Part shown: in pieces, positions 1 to 9,436 of the stretch
Position numbering within the stretch: the first letter of the stretch is position 1
Layout: each line of letters starts with the position of its first letter
NCBI GenBank assembly: GCA_045645625.1
Contig: JAZRJD010000049.1
Location: 13,890 to 77,889 of the forward strand
DNA length: 64,000 bases
Direction of reading: 5' to 3'
Source of the DNA: Alistipes sp.
GTDB taxonomy: Bacteria > Bacteroidota > Bacteroidia > Bacteroidales > Rikenellaceae
Translations under genes and position numbers: made by a program
The notes under the pieces: generated by a model
Told to the model about the DNA's origin: nothing
Seen by the model: only the letters and a program-made list of their open reading frames with translations
The model's database searches: none

Positions 1-2
1 CC

Positions 3-1256
3 TTTCCAAGCGGAAAAGGTAATCCAGACAAAGAGGAGGAGATAGTATTCAACTATGATGCCAACAATATACAATGGAGTCGAGCAGGCAGTATAGATAT
101 TTGTGACACATCGGGTTCAACAATGGCTTCTGTCATTGTTGAACAAGATGCCTTCAAAGTCTATTGGAAAGTTGTTCCAGAAGGGGAAGAGGAGTTATCT
201 ATTGAGTCTTACGACTCGGTTATCAACAAAATCAGCATATGTACAAATGTTTCATGGGAGGCTACTTGCAATGCCGATTGGATAACTCTGAAAAATCCAA
301 GCTACACCTATACCAGTAATCCGCACTACTCATTAAGCGCGACTTGGGTTGATCTCGAATTTACAGCAGAGTTTAGTTATATAGACCGTTGGACAACTAT
401 TGAAATTACAAATAGTTTCGGCGTCAAGAGTGTTGTCGTTGTGAGTCAATCCGGGGCTCCTATGCTCGATATTTGCGACAAGGATGTAGTAAAGAATGGT
501 TATCAGGCAAAATATCTGGCAGAAGAACACTCGGTAAAGATATTCTCTCAATTCGATTGGGTTGCAACAAGTAGCAACCCTGAATGGCTGACCATAACCA
601 CTCTCGAAGGTGGAATTGCATCGGAGCAGCAAGATTTTACATTTAAGGTTGCGGAGAATTTTACAGGTCTGGCGCGAGAGGCAACAATAACCATTGAGCC
701 AAAAGATAAGCCTAATTCGGACAATGATTATAGCGTTACAATGAAGGTGATTCAGGATCACCAATATACGCTTTATTACACGGGAGGTATTTTCTACGAA
801 GATGGAGGAACAATATTCGATTCAGCTATCATAGAGCATCTTGTAGTAGATGAGGAGACTAATAAGAAAAAACTTGTTTTCGAGGGGCCTGTAACAACTA
901 TTAGTGCAAATGATTATGGACAAAACAGTTGGAATAATGGAGCTATCGATATTATTCTTCCGGGTACAATAACTACCATTGGCAAAAAGGCGTTCTATGG
1001 TGCTTATATGCTTAAAACCGTAGATATTCCGACAACAATTACTGAAATTGGGGAATCTGCGTTCGGGCAATGTGTGCAACTCTATTCAGTAACCATAAGA
1101 GCTACTGAGCCCCCAAAGGGAGGCGCAAGCATGTTCACAATGTATGGTAGTCACATTCCTTCCGGCCTATCCATCTATGTTCCTATGGACTCTGTCGAGG
1201 CGTATAAGAACGCTCCGTATTGGAGTGATTACGCCGAAAGAATAGTTGGATTTTAA
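3..1256 (+). CDS. BACON-domain / BspA-type leucine-rich-repeat surface protein (5' truncated by window edge)
   Basis: Frame is open from base 3; BACON-like repeats (W..T...WIT/WLT, F...EN..G..REATITI) then LRR_5 motifs (TIGKKAF, TEIGESAFGQC) and the typical C-terminal IYVP..SVEAYK.A.YW tail. Confidence 0.75.
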   Translation, partial: FPSGKGNPDKEEEIVFNYDANNIQWSRAGSIDICDTSGSTMASVIVEQDAFKVYWKVVPEGEEELSIESYDSVINKISICTNVSWEATCNADWITLKNPSYTYTSNPHYSLSATWVDLEFTAEFSYIDRWTTIEITNSFGVKSVVVVSQSGAPMLDICDKDVVKNGYQAKYLAEEHSVKIFSQFDWVATSSNPEWLTITTLEGGIASEQQDFTFKVAENFTGLAREATITIEPKDKPNSDNDYSVTMKVIQDHQYTLYYTGGIFYEDGGTIFDSAIIEHLVVDEETNKKKLVFEGPVTTISANDYGQNSWNNGAIDIILPGTITTIGKKAFYGAYMLKTVDIPTTITEIGESAFGQCVQLYSVTIRATEPPKGGASMFTMYGSHIPSGLSIYVPMDSVEAYKNAPYWSDYAERIVGF

Positions 1257-1278
1257 CCATTAACACCCCAGAGCGAAG

Positions 1279-2367
1279 ATGTATCTTTCACGGCTATCGT
1301 TACTGAATTTCAAGAACCTCGCGCAGGAGGAGTTGCTGCTCGATAAGGGCTTCAACTGCTTTGTCGGCGATAACGGCACATGCAAGACCAACATTATCGA
1401 TGCGGTATATTATCTCTCGATGTGCAAGTCATCGCTTGCAATGACCGACACGCAGTGCGTGCGCCACGGCGAGAAGTTCTTTATGCTCGAAGGCGACTAC
1501 CGCACCGAGAGCGACCGCCACGAGAAGGTTGTATGCTCCTATCAGCGTGGGGCCTCGAAGGTCGTAAAACGCAACGACAAGCAGTACGAGCGATTGGCGG
1601 ACCATATCGGCTTGGTACCCGTTGTTATCGTGTCGCCTGCCGACTCCTCGCTTATCAGTGACTCGGCAGATGAACGCCGCCGTTACATAAATTCCTTTAT
1701 CTCGCAGTTGGACAAAGGCTACCTCGATGCGGCGATGCGCTACAATACCGCCCTCGCAAATCGCAATAGTTACCTGAAAATGGGCTCTGACGAGGAGATG
1801 TTGCGCATCTATGATGCGCAGATGGCGGGCGAGGCAAAGAAGATACATAAGGCTCGTTTGGAGATTACCGAGTTACTCTATCCGCTGGTGTGCGAGTACT
1901 ATCGTGCTCTGTCGGAGGACCACGAGCAGGTGGAGTTGGAGTATCGCTCGGAGTTGAACAATGCCACTTTGGAGGAGTTACTGCTTGCCTCGCGTGAGCG
2001 CGATAGGGTTATGGGCTTTACCACTTGTGGAGTTCATCGTGACGACTTGCGCTTCTCGATTGGTGGCTTTGCGCTCCGCAAATATGGCTCGCAAGGTCAG
2101 CAGAAGTCGTTCCTGATAGCGTTGAAACTTGCCCAATACCGCATTATTGCGCAGGCGTGTGGCGAGAAACCGATATTGTTGCTCGATGATTTGTTTGACA
2201 AGTTAGACGAGAGCCGAGTATCACGCCTTATCGAGTTGGTCAAGGGCGACGAGTTCGGTCAGGTGATTATCACCGACTGCAATGGCGAGCGCATGGGTAA
2301 CATTTTGCACAAGGCGGATTGCAGTTACAAGTTGTTTAATGTTACCTACGGCGAGGTAGTAAAATAG
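1279..2367 (+). CDS. recF: DNA replication/repair protein RecF
   Basis: NFKN start, Walker A GDNGTCKTN, GVHRDD, SQGQQK signature, LLLDD Walker B. Confidence 0.95.
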   Translation: MYLSRLSLLNFKNLAQEELLLDKGFNCFVGDNGTCKTNIIDAVYYLSMCKSSLAMTDTQCVRHGEKFFMLEGDYRTESDRHEKVVCSYQRGASKVVKRNDKQYERLADHIGLVPVVIVSPADSSLISDSADERRRYINSFISQLDKGYLDAAMRYNTALANRNSYLKMGSDEEMLRIYDAQMAGEAKKIHKARLEITELLYPLVCEYYRALSEDHEQVELEYRSELNNATLEELLLASRERDRVMGFTTCGVHRDDLRFSIGGFALRKYGSQGQQKSFLIALKLAQYRIIAQACGEKPILLLDDLFDKLDESRVSRLIELVKGDEFGQVIITDCNGERMGNILHKADCSYKLFNVTYGEVVK

Positions 2368-2377
2368 AGAATTGGCA

Positions 2378-2668
2378 ATGAAACGCACCAAAGCACAACC
2401 GATAGGCGAACTGCTCGATTCGTTGTTTAAGAGCCCCGATGTGGCACGCAAAATTGCCGAGGGCTCACTGCCGCACGTGTGGCGTGAGGTTACGGGCGAG
2501 GTCGTTGCTGCCAATACCCGTCAGGTGCGCTTTGTGCGAGGAACACTCTATGTCCATGTCGCATCGAGCATCTTGCGTAGCGAGTTGATGATGCAGCGCG
2601 AGGCGTTGGTGCGCTCCATAAACAAAAAACTCGGCACCGACCTCGTGCAGAGTGTTGTAGTGCAATAG
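2378..2668 (+). CDS. DUF721 / DciA-family protein
   Basis: About 97 aa directly after recF; W.EV.G...A.NT, GTLYVHV.SS.LR.EL motifs. Confidence 0.8.
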   Translation: MKRTKAQPIGELLDSLFKSPDVARKIAEGSLPHVWREVTGEVVAANTRQVRFVRGTLYVHVASSILRSELMMQREALVRSINKKLGTDLVQSVVVQ

Positions 2669-2673
2669 CGGAT

Positions 2674-3237
2674 ATGTCGTTTTTAGATATCATACTACTT
2701 GCAATCGGAGTATCGATGGACGCATTTGCGGTGTCGATAGCCAAAGGCTTGGCTACGCAACAACTGCGCCCGAAGCACTACGCTTCGGTGGCGTTGTGGT
2801 TTGGTGGTTTTCAGGCGTTGATGCCACTTGTGGGCTACTTCCTCGGCATTCACTTCGCCTCGATAGTTGAGTGTTGCGACCATTGGATAGCCTTTGTGTT
2901 GTTGGCAATTATCGGCGGCAAGATGATTTACGACACTCTGCGTGGTGGCGACGAGGAGGATACTACGGGTGCTGACTTCCGCCTGCGTACAATGTTTGTG
3001 CTGGCGGTGGCTACGAGCATCGATGCCCTCGCTATCGGTATCTCGTTGGCATTTCTGAAAGTCGATATCTGGCGTGCTGTGGCGATGATTGGCACGACTA
3101 CGGCTCTTTTTTCCGCCTTTGGTTTGTATCTCGGCAATATCTTCGGCAACCGCTACAAGCACGGCGCAGAACTCCTCGGCGGAATCGTCTTGGTCCTTAT
3201 CGGCGCAAAAATCCTGGTCGAACACCTCTTTTATTAG
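2674..3237 (+). CDS. mntP: Manganese efflux pump MntP
   Basis: SMDAFAVS and ATSIDALAIG motifs, about 6 TM helices. Confidence 0.9.
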   Translation: MSFLDIILLAIGVSMDAFAVSIAKGLATQQLRPKHYASVALWFGGFQALMPLVGYFLGIHFASIVECCDHWIAFVLLAIIGGKMIYDTLRGGDEEDTTGADFRLRTMFVLAVATSIDALAIGISLAFLKVDIWRAVAMIGTTTALFSAFGLYLGNIFGNRYKHGAELLGGIVLVLIGAKILVEHLFY

Positions 3238-3270
3238 TGAGGAGTGAGGAGATAGTAGTGAGTAGTTTTT

Positions 3271-3388
3271 TATAGGGGCGGACTTACGCCCTTTATGGGG
3301 GTAATAGGGATAATAGGGATAATAGGTTTTGCTATTATCTCTATTTGTTTTGCCCCATCGCCCCCATAACCCCTATTGTCCCTATAAT
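3271..3388. repeat. ATAGGG(G)-periodic intergenic repeat, G-rich half followed by an inverted C-rich half
   Basis: taggggcggacttacgccc...taatagggataatagggataatagg then ccccataacccctattgtccctataatc; related to copies at 5748, 12838, 56934 and 57907. Confidence 0.6.
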
Positions 3389-3447
3389 CACAAAAATGCC
3401 CTCGCAGAGTTCTATTTCTGCGGAGGGTAAAGCCAATGGCTAAAAGC

Positions 3448-3477
3448 AAAAAAGTCGGGACACTTCCCGACTTTTTT
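3448..3477. terminator. Bidirectional intrinsic terminator between mntP and the antiporter gene
   Basis: aaaaaagtcggga-cact-tcccgactttttt perfect hairpin. Confidence 0.85.
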
Positions 3478-3493
3478 ACATTTCCCGACTTTT

Positions 3494-4804
3494 TTAGAAG
3501 AATATCAGCGCCATCAGAATATATGTTGGCAGCAGAACTATCAGCGAGAATTTGAAGATATACCCGAAGAACGATGGCATTCGCACACCCTCATTCTCGG
3601 CTACCGCCTTTACCATAAAGTTCGGACCATTGCCGATATAGGTCATCGCACCAAACAACACCGAGCCGAGGGCGATGGCTGTAAGCATCTTTTCGGGCAC
3701 TCCCGCCACAAGTGTTGCACCCTCCGCCATCGGTAGACCTGACGCCACGGTGTGGAATGCCACCGCCGTAGGGGCATTGTCGAGGAACGAACTGAGTGCT
3801 CCCGATGCGAAGAAGAACTGCGAAGGCTCGCTAATGCCGAGCGATGCCGCATTCTCGTTCAAATAGAGCAGCGCAGGTGTCATCGTCACGAAAATTCCGA
3901 TAAAAAGTATCGCCACCTCGGTAATAGGCTCCCACGAGAAGTGGTTTTCGCGGCGAACACGCTTGCGAGTCGATACAATCGAGAGCAACAAAATTACCAC
4001 CAGCACTATCTCGCGCAAAAATCGCATATACCACGGTGCATCTTCGGCCGTCATAGCGGGAATTTTACCGGGGTTAATAAATGCCACCGCGAGGAGTATT
4101 GCCGAGAGGTAGAAGAGGTTTGCTGCACCCGCAAATTGAATCTTTATTGGCTCATCGGTCTCACTCTCGGAGCGTGGGCGTACGCCCATAAGTTCTCTCT
4201 TACGCCAAATATAGGTATCGAGCATAATATATATAGTCAGCAATACCGAGCCCACAAATGCCCACTGTGGGAAGAGCGTTTGAAACCACGAGAACTCTGC
4301 ACCACGCAGATAGAGCAGGAACAACGGCGGATCGCCCAGCGGAGTCAAGACTCCACCACAGTTTGCTACCATGGCGATAAAGAAGAGTACGGTATGCACC
4401 TTATACTCGCGGTCGCGGTTGATTTCGAGTAGAGGGCGTATAAGCAACATCGCAGCACCCGTAGTTCCGACTACCGAAGCCAAACCGTAGCCTATAAACA
4501 TAATCACCGCATTGACGATAGGTGTCGGGGTGGTGGAGTAGTTGATGCGAATACCTCCCGTAACCACATACAACGCTGCCAGCAGGGCGATAAACGGTAT
4601 GTAGTCGTAGAGCATCTGATGTTTCAAATTCTCGCCCAAGCCCGCACGCGACAACATAATGGCGGTAGGCACCGAAATAACCAATACGAAGATAAGTTTA
4701 TTGATATTTTTGCCCCAGAAACGAGGCGCAATAAGCGGCATAATTGCTATCGAGAGCAACATTACCACAAAGGGTATCAAAAGATATGGCTCTATATTAT
4801 ACAT
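3494..4804 (-). CDS. Na+/H+ antiporter-like transporter (ArsB/NhaD superfamily)
   Basis: Multi-TM; GGVLTPLGDPPL, LSSFLDNAPT and GAMTYIGNGPNFMVK motifs. Confidence 0.8.
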   Translation of the reverse strand: MYNIEPYLLIPFVVMLLSIAIMPLIAPRFWGKNINKLIFVLVISVPTAIMLSRAGLGENLKHQMLYDYIPFIALLAALYVVTGGIRINYSTTPTPIVNAVIMFIGYGLASVVGTTGAAMLLIRPLLEINRDREYKVHTVLFFIAMVANCGGVLTPLGDPPLFLLYLRGAEFSWFQTLFPQWAFVGSVLLTIYIMLDTYIWRKRELMGVRPRSESETDEPIKIQFAGAANLFYLSAILLAVAFINPGKIPAMTAEDAPWYMRFLREIVLVVILLLSIVSTRKRVRRENHFSWEPITEVAILFIGIFVTMTPALLYLNENAASLGISEPSQFFFASGALSSFLDNAPTAVAFHTVASGLPMAEGATLVAGVPEKMLTAIALGSVLFGAMTYIGNGPNFMVKAVAENEGVRMPSFFGYIFKFSLIVLLPTYILMALIFF

Positions 4805-4869
4805 TTCTCTAAAAAACTGAAATTAACACCGTTCAACATCGCTCGCGGTGTCGCCCAAATTTTCAGAGG

Positions 4870-5637
4870 TTATACCGCAGAGCACTCAATGCCGAGGGCT
4901 CGTACCCGTTCGGCTATCTTTTCCAACTCCTCGCGTTCGACTTTTTGCAGGGTTTTGCAAGGGGTGGCGCGATCTATCGAGTAGACCATAACGCCGCGCG
5001 GTCGTAGATGCTCCACAATCGCCAACCAAGCCAGCACTTCACTCTCGGTGGTGTTGTCTATCTGCTCTCCGTTGTACTCGCCACGCAGAAACATCGTCTG
5101 CAAAACAAACTCTTTGCCAAATTCGGCAAGATTGTTCACCACGCGCTCCACCGAGTAGTCGCCTTGTGGTTTATTGATAAGTTGTGCGGTCTTGTCGAAT
5201 GCCGAGTCGAGTTTTAAGATAGGGTTATCCACCTTGCGCAGTGCACGGCAAACACCTTCACGGTGCAGTTGTGTGGCGTTGCTCAATACTGAAACCTTCG
5301 CCTGCGGTGCAAATTCATTGCGCAGAGCGATAGTGTCATCGATAATGCCCTCAAACTCGGGGTGAATAGTCGGCTCGCCATTGCCCGCAAAGGTTATAAC
5401 ATCGGGCAGTGCGCCCTCGCCTTGCATCTTTTTGAGTGTTTCGCGCAACGCCTCGCGGACATCTTCGCGCGAGTTGAAGCGAGGTCGTTCGGTGCGATTA
5501 TCCTCGTTCCAGCCGCACTCGCAATATATACAGTCAAAGTTGCATAACTTCGAGTGAAGTGGCAACAGATTCACGCCGAGCGAGATGCCCAAACGGCGTG
5601 AACGCACAGGACCATATATAATATCGGTGAATAGCAC
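4870..5637 (-). CDS. Radical SAM protein (probable GTG start)
   Basis: CNFDCIYC CX3CX2C motif, GPV.SRRLG.SLGVN N-terminus, GNGEPT; no in-frame ATG near the start, GTG at 5637. Confidence 0.85.
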   Translation of the reverse strand: MLFTDIIYGPVRSRRLGISLGVNLLPLHSKLCNFDCIYCECGWNEDNRTERPRFNSREDVREALRETLKKMQGEGALPDVITFAGNGEPTIHPEFEGIIDDTIALRNEFAPQAKVSVLSNATQLHREGVCRALRKVDNPILKLDSAFDKTAQLINKPQGDYSVERVVNNLAEFGKEFVLQTMFLRGEYNGEQIDNTTESEVLAWLAIVEHLRPRGVMVYSIDRATPCKTLQKVEREELEKIAERVRALGIECSAV

Positions 5638-5747
5638 TGTTTTTGATTTTTTGCGTAGCAAAAATAATAAAAAAAATTAAGAATTAAGAATTGTTTTTTC
5701 AATTACTCACAATTACTCACTGCTCGCTACTCACTAATTAAACTTTT

Positions 5748-5817
5748 CGCGCACCCTATAACCCTTATGACCCCTATAACCTCTATTGAGATTGCGCCGT
5801 GATAAGGGTCGGAGTTC
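5748..5817 (-). repeat. Composite ATAGGGG intergenic repeat copy
   Basis: Reverse complement reads gaactccga...ggcgcaa...ataggggtcataagggttatagggtgcgcg, followed by heptamer repeats. Confidence 0.65.
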
Positions 5818-5851
5818 AAAGAAACTAAAAAGTTAATGCTAAAAGCCCAAT

Positions 5852-5887
5852 AAAAAACGCACAAAGCGTTGGCGCCTTGTGCGTTTT
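5852..5887 (-). terminator. Intrinsic terminator after the Omp28 gene
   Basis: aaaacgcacaa...ttgtgcgtttt hairpin with A/T tails. Confidence 0.7.
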
Positions 5888-5932
5888 GGGTTTGCAATAG
5901 CGTTTTAGACTATTGTTTAGTTATCTTATCTT

Positions 5933-7150
5933 TTACTCAGTATACTCGAAGTCCAGCACTCCGTTAATAGGAGCAGAGATAACATTGTTCACATACCAAC
6001 TACCTTTCTCCTCGGTCGAGATAAATACAACTACGCGGAGATTGTTGTGATTCCAAACGCTCTCGCCACCCTTCTCTCCATGTGGCAACAATGGCAAAGC
6101 AAACGATTTAGCCTTAGTTTCGCCCTTCTGTATATTACCGAGGTAGAGACCTGTGTAGTCATTGCTTGCACGGCGGCTGTTAGCAACGCGTACACAGTTG
6201 TTGTGAGTATTGAAATCAACACCCTCCGACTTGATGCCATTGTTGCTCTGTGTAGCCTCTATGCCGTCCTCTACCAACCAAGCACCGATGCGGAACTCGG
6301 CAGTGCTCTTTGCCTTGACATTGGCAGTTACCATAACATAACCATCTTCTGGCTTGTACTCGCAATTTACTGCGATACCACCCTTAACAGCCACGCGCTC
6401 GGTAGCGTGATTAACCAACTTCTGCACATAGGCATAGAATGGCTCCTGCTTTTTGAGGTCACCAGTATAAGATGTGGTACGCTTCATATCGGCAATAATA
6501 TGTGGATATGAGCGAACGCCCATTGCATCTGCAAGCGATGGAGCCTTGTACAAATATGCAGGGTCACCAGTGTTGTAGAGGTGTGCAGCAGTGAGAACAA
6601 CCTCATCGCGGAGAGGATTGCTCTCCTTCATCAACGAGTAGAGCGCATTCATCATATAAGGACAGTTTGGACAACCTGTACCCGTAAACTGTGTAAGGAG
6701 AACGCGGCGCTTGAAGTTGGTCTTCGACTCGTTGTTATCTGTCGGAATCGCTGGTGCTGGTGGTGGAGTCTTCAATACCGAGATACGAATCTCATTCGAT
6801 GCCATTGTTCCGTAACCTGCTCTAAACGAGAAGGTCTTGTTGGTCTCGGTCGAAGAGAATGTGATCTCGGTGCCGTTGATGTTCAATAGGCTCGAAACAT
6901 CCTTATTGTTCTGATTCATAAAGACAACCTTCTCCATATCGGTAACCACTGCACCATTGTATGTGAGTGTAAAGGTTGCGATACCATTCGGATCTACATT
7001 ACCCTCCTTGTCTACGCCGTTGTTGTCGTAGATGTCGTAGTTGTCAGCCGAGAGTACCAAGCCCGTCTCGACTCCTCCCTCCTTCGGCTCACAGCCTGTA
7101 AAGAGCAGTGCGCCAAGGCAGAAGATTGCTAATGTTTTGAGTGTTTTCAT
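5933..7150 (-). CDS. Omp28-related outer-membrane lipoprotein (thioredoxin-like CxxC)
   Basis: Lipobox LLFTGC; RRVLLTQFTGTGCPNCP; LVEDGI...Q...HNNCVR; C-terminal LRVVVFI...YVNNV. Confidence 0.85.
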   Translation of the reverse strand: MKTLKTLAIFCLGALLFTGCEPKEGGVETGLVLSADNYDIYDNNGVDKEGNVDPNGIATFTLTYNGAVVTDMEKVVFMNQNNKDVSSLLNINGTEITFSSTETNKTFSFRAGYGTMASNEIRISVLKTPPPAPAIPTDNNESKTNFKRRVLLTQFTGTGCPNCPYMMNALYSLMKESNPLRDEVVLTAAHLYNTGDPAYLYKAPSLADAMGVRSYPHIIADMKRTTSYTGDLKKQEPFYAYVQKLVNHATERVAVKGGIAVNCEYKPEDGYVMVTANVKAKSTAEFRIGAWLVEDGIEATQSNNGIKSEGVDFNTHNNCVRVANSRRASNDYTGLYLGNIQKGETKAKSFALPLLPHGEKGGESVWNHNNLRVVVFISTEEKGSWYVNNVISAPINGVLDFEYTE

Positions 7151-7184
7151 AATTTATCTGTTTTTTGTTTATTAGTAAATTCTC

Positions 7185-8822
7185 TTAGAACGAAGATGTC
7201 AGCATAAGGTTTACACCCGTGTATGCAGGCGAGTAGCGACAAACGCCTCCCGAGCAGATATATCCTGCGCGGTTGCGACCATAACTCAACTGCACGCGAG
7301 TACGGTTGTGCGTATAACTGAAACCTCCATTGTAGTAGTGAGTCTTGCTCTGCCCGATATTGTACATATCCTGCACATAGAAACTCCAACTTGGTGCAAG
7401 GTTGAATTCTACGAGTGCTGCCACCCAGTCTCCCTCGCTGTGTATGCCGTCCCATTCGCTCTTGTCGTCACCCGAGAGAAGATACTGCGCCTCGAAGCGC
7501 AACGACATCTTACGATTGAACTTGTGCTGTACATCGGCAACAAAGATATGCGCCTGATGGTCAAGGTTATCCTGATAGGAGTAGAGCACGAGTGTCTTCC
7601 ACTTCTTGTTCCACTGACGCTCGACATCGACATTTATATCGCGCCAATAGAGTGGACGGGTATTCTCTGCCATAGGGTCCTTGTCGAGTGAGTAGAAGGT
7701 CGAGAAGTTGGCATGGAAATTCCAGTAGCGGTAGCGATTGCTCTTGCTACGATAAGAGTAGCACAAATCGACCTGACCGCCCAACTCGCCATTGACACTC
7801 ACCTGATAAGGGTTTAAGTTTGCCAACATATAGGTATATTGACGAGTCAATGCAGGAAGATAGTTTATGGTATTTGCCGTACCTGTCGAGTAGATATCTA
7901 TCGGCGTAGCCATATTCTTCAATGCACGGAAGGTACCCATAAAACTGAATGTCTTGTAGTTGTAACCAACCTCGCCGAGCGCAGCCCAGCCCTTTGCAAC
8001 CTTTGTCTCACCGGGGTGGGTAAGGTCCTTACCCTTGTGCACATACTCTCCACGCACGGTCAAGCCGTTCCAACCGAAGTTCAAACGACCGGAGTACATG
8101 TTGAGGTTTGGCGAGATGCCTGTCGACTGCAAGAAGGTGTAGTACTCGCCCTCCAATCCCGGCTTTGGTGCCGAGTAGTCGGGCTCCTTCATATACTCGG
8201 GTGCCTGCGACAGACTCTGAAAACGATTGACATACGAGCCTTCGATATTGAAGGTTATAGCCGAAGCCTTCATCATATCTGCCAACGAGAGCGAGAGGTC
8301 GAGACCACGCACCCAAGTCTTCGAGTACTCGGTGTAGAGTCGCGGACGACCGTACATGCCCTTCAATGTTACATAGCGACCAAAGTTGTAGGCTGCACGC
8401 ACACCCTCCAACGAGTTGTTAAGTCCGAGTTGTCTATCCTCAAACGAACGGAAAATCAAGCCATTTCCGAACTGGTCGTAGATGTCGCCGACCAAAATCT
8501 CGAAGTTCTTGTCGCGCCACTGTATATACTTCGATGCGAGGTAGAACTTGTAGCCGTCAGCCAACTCCTCATATCCCACCAATGCAGGCAGATAGGCATT
8601 CATCTGCACACCTGCCGAGAATCGACCATTTGCATAATCGACCTTGATGTAGTTGTTCGAGCCGAAGGCATCTTCGGGACGCGAGGTCTTCTTGTCGGGG
8701 GTGTAGTAGATCGAAGAGGACTCCAAACTACCCGATACCTGACCATTGCCAAGCACCTTCTGTGCCGAAGCCGAGAGCGCAAGTGCAACAACACCTACAA
8801 ATAAGAGAGTTAATCGTTTCAT
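7185..8822 (-). CDS. DUF6029-family outer-membrane beta-barrel protein
   Basis: Signal peptide; YDQFGNGLIFRSFEDRQLG motif; amphipathic strands; C-terminal YICSGGVCRY and terminal Phe. Confidence 0.8.
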   Translation of the reverse strand: MKRLTLLFVGVVALALSASAQKVLGNGQVSGSLESSSIYYTPDKKTSRPEDAFGSNNYIKVDYANGRFSAGVQMNAYLPALVGYEELADGYKFYLASKYIQWRDKNFEILVGDIYDQFGNGLIFRSFEDRQLGLNNSLEGVRAAYNFGRYVTLKGMYGRPRLYTEYSKTWVRGLDLSLSLADMMKASAITFNIEGSYVNRFQSLSQAPEYMKEPDYSAPKPGLEGEYYTFLQSTGISPNLNMYSGRLNFGWNGLTVRGEYVHKGKDLTHPGETKVAKGWAALGEVGYNYKTFSFMGTFRALKNMATPIDIYSTGTANTINYLPALTRQYTYMLANLNPYQVSVNGELGGQVDLCYSYRSKSNRYRYWNFHANFSTFYSLDKDPMAENTRPLYWRDINVDVERQWNKKWKTLVLYSYQDNLDHQAHIFVADVQHKFNRKMSLRFEAQYLLSGDDKSEWDGIHSEGDWVAALVEFNLAPSWSFYVQDMYNIGQSKTHYYNGGFSYTHNRTRVQLSYGRNRAGYICSGGVCRYSPAYTGVNLMLTSSF

Positions 8823-8825
8823 CGG

Positions 8826-9326
8826 TTATTTCTTCTTTTTCTGTCCCTTTTTCAACTCGACAATTTTGTCGAACAGCAACTGCTCACTACCCGGAGTGTA
8901 ACCCGAGTGCGAGAAGATGATATTGCCCTCACCATCAACCACAAACGACTGCGGTGTGAGCGATACATTCATAGCGCGTTTGAGGTCCTGATTCTCGTCA
9001 TACACGCATATAAACTCCCAACCACGCGATGATGCAATAGCCTTTGCCGAAGCCTTCAAACGGGCATCGTCAACCGATACGGCAACCACTTCGAGGTCTG
9101 CCTCTTCGCGCCACTCTGCCAAGGCATCGTTTATGGCGTTCAACTCCTGAATGCATGGCTTGCAGGCAATAGACCAGTACGAAATAATCATAGGCTTGCC
9201 ATTCGAGAGTGAGCGCACCGATACGATTTTACCCTGTGCATTCTCGACATTTACATCGGGAAGTTGCTGCGCCGAAACTGCCGAAACCACCAAAATAGAG
9301 CATAAAAGGCTCAAAAGTTTTTTCAT
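8826..9326 (-). CDS. TlpA-family periplasmic thiol:disulfide oxidoreductase
   Basis: Signal peptide; WSIACKPC..EL; AVSVDD; TPQSFVVD.EG. Confidence 0.9.
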   Translation of the reverse strand: MKKLLSLLCSILVVSAVSAQQLPDVNVENAQGKIVSVRSLSNGKPMIISYWSIACKPCIQELNAINDALAEWREEADLEVVAVSVDDARLKASAKAIASSRGWEFICVYDENQDLKRAMNVSLTPQSFVVDGEGNIIFSHSGYTPGSEQLLFDKIVELKKGQKKKK

Positions 9327-9386
9327 AAATTTCTTGTTATTAGGGCGTTAGCCCCAAGTTTTGTAATTATTCCATAAAACCGCAAC

Positions 9387-9416
9387 CAAGGAGCCTCCTA
9401 CTCGGAAGGCTCCTTG
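9387..9416 (-). terminator. Hairpin after the large lipoprotein gene (terminator or mRNA stabiliser)
   Basis: caaggagcct-cctactcgga-aggctccttg stem with a weak U-tail. Confidence 0.55.
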
Positions 9417-9436
9417 TGTGCGAGAGTGAGATTATA

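Noticed and set aside
1279-2668. Replication origin near recF/dciA/gyrB
   Set aside because: No dnaA/dnaN and no DnaA-box cluster noticed; gyrB is more than 50 kb away.
5638-5661. Radical SAM gene as a pseudogene lacking a start codon
   Set aside because: An in-frame GTG at 5637 gives a normal-length protein with intact motifs.
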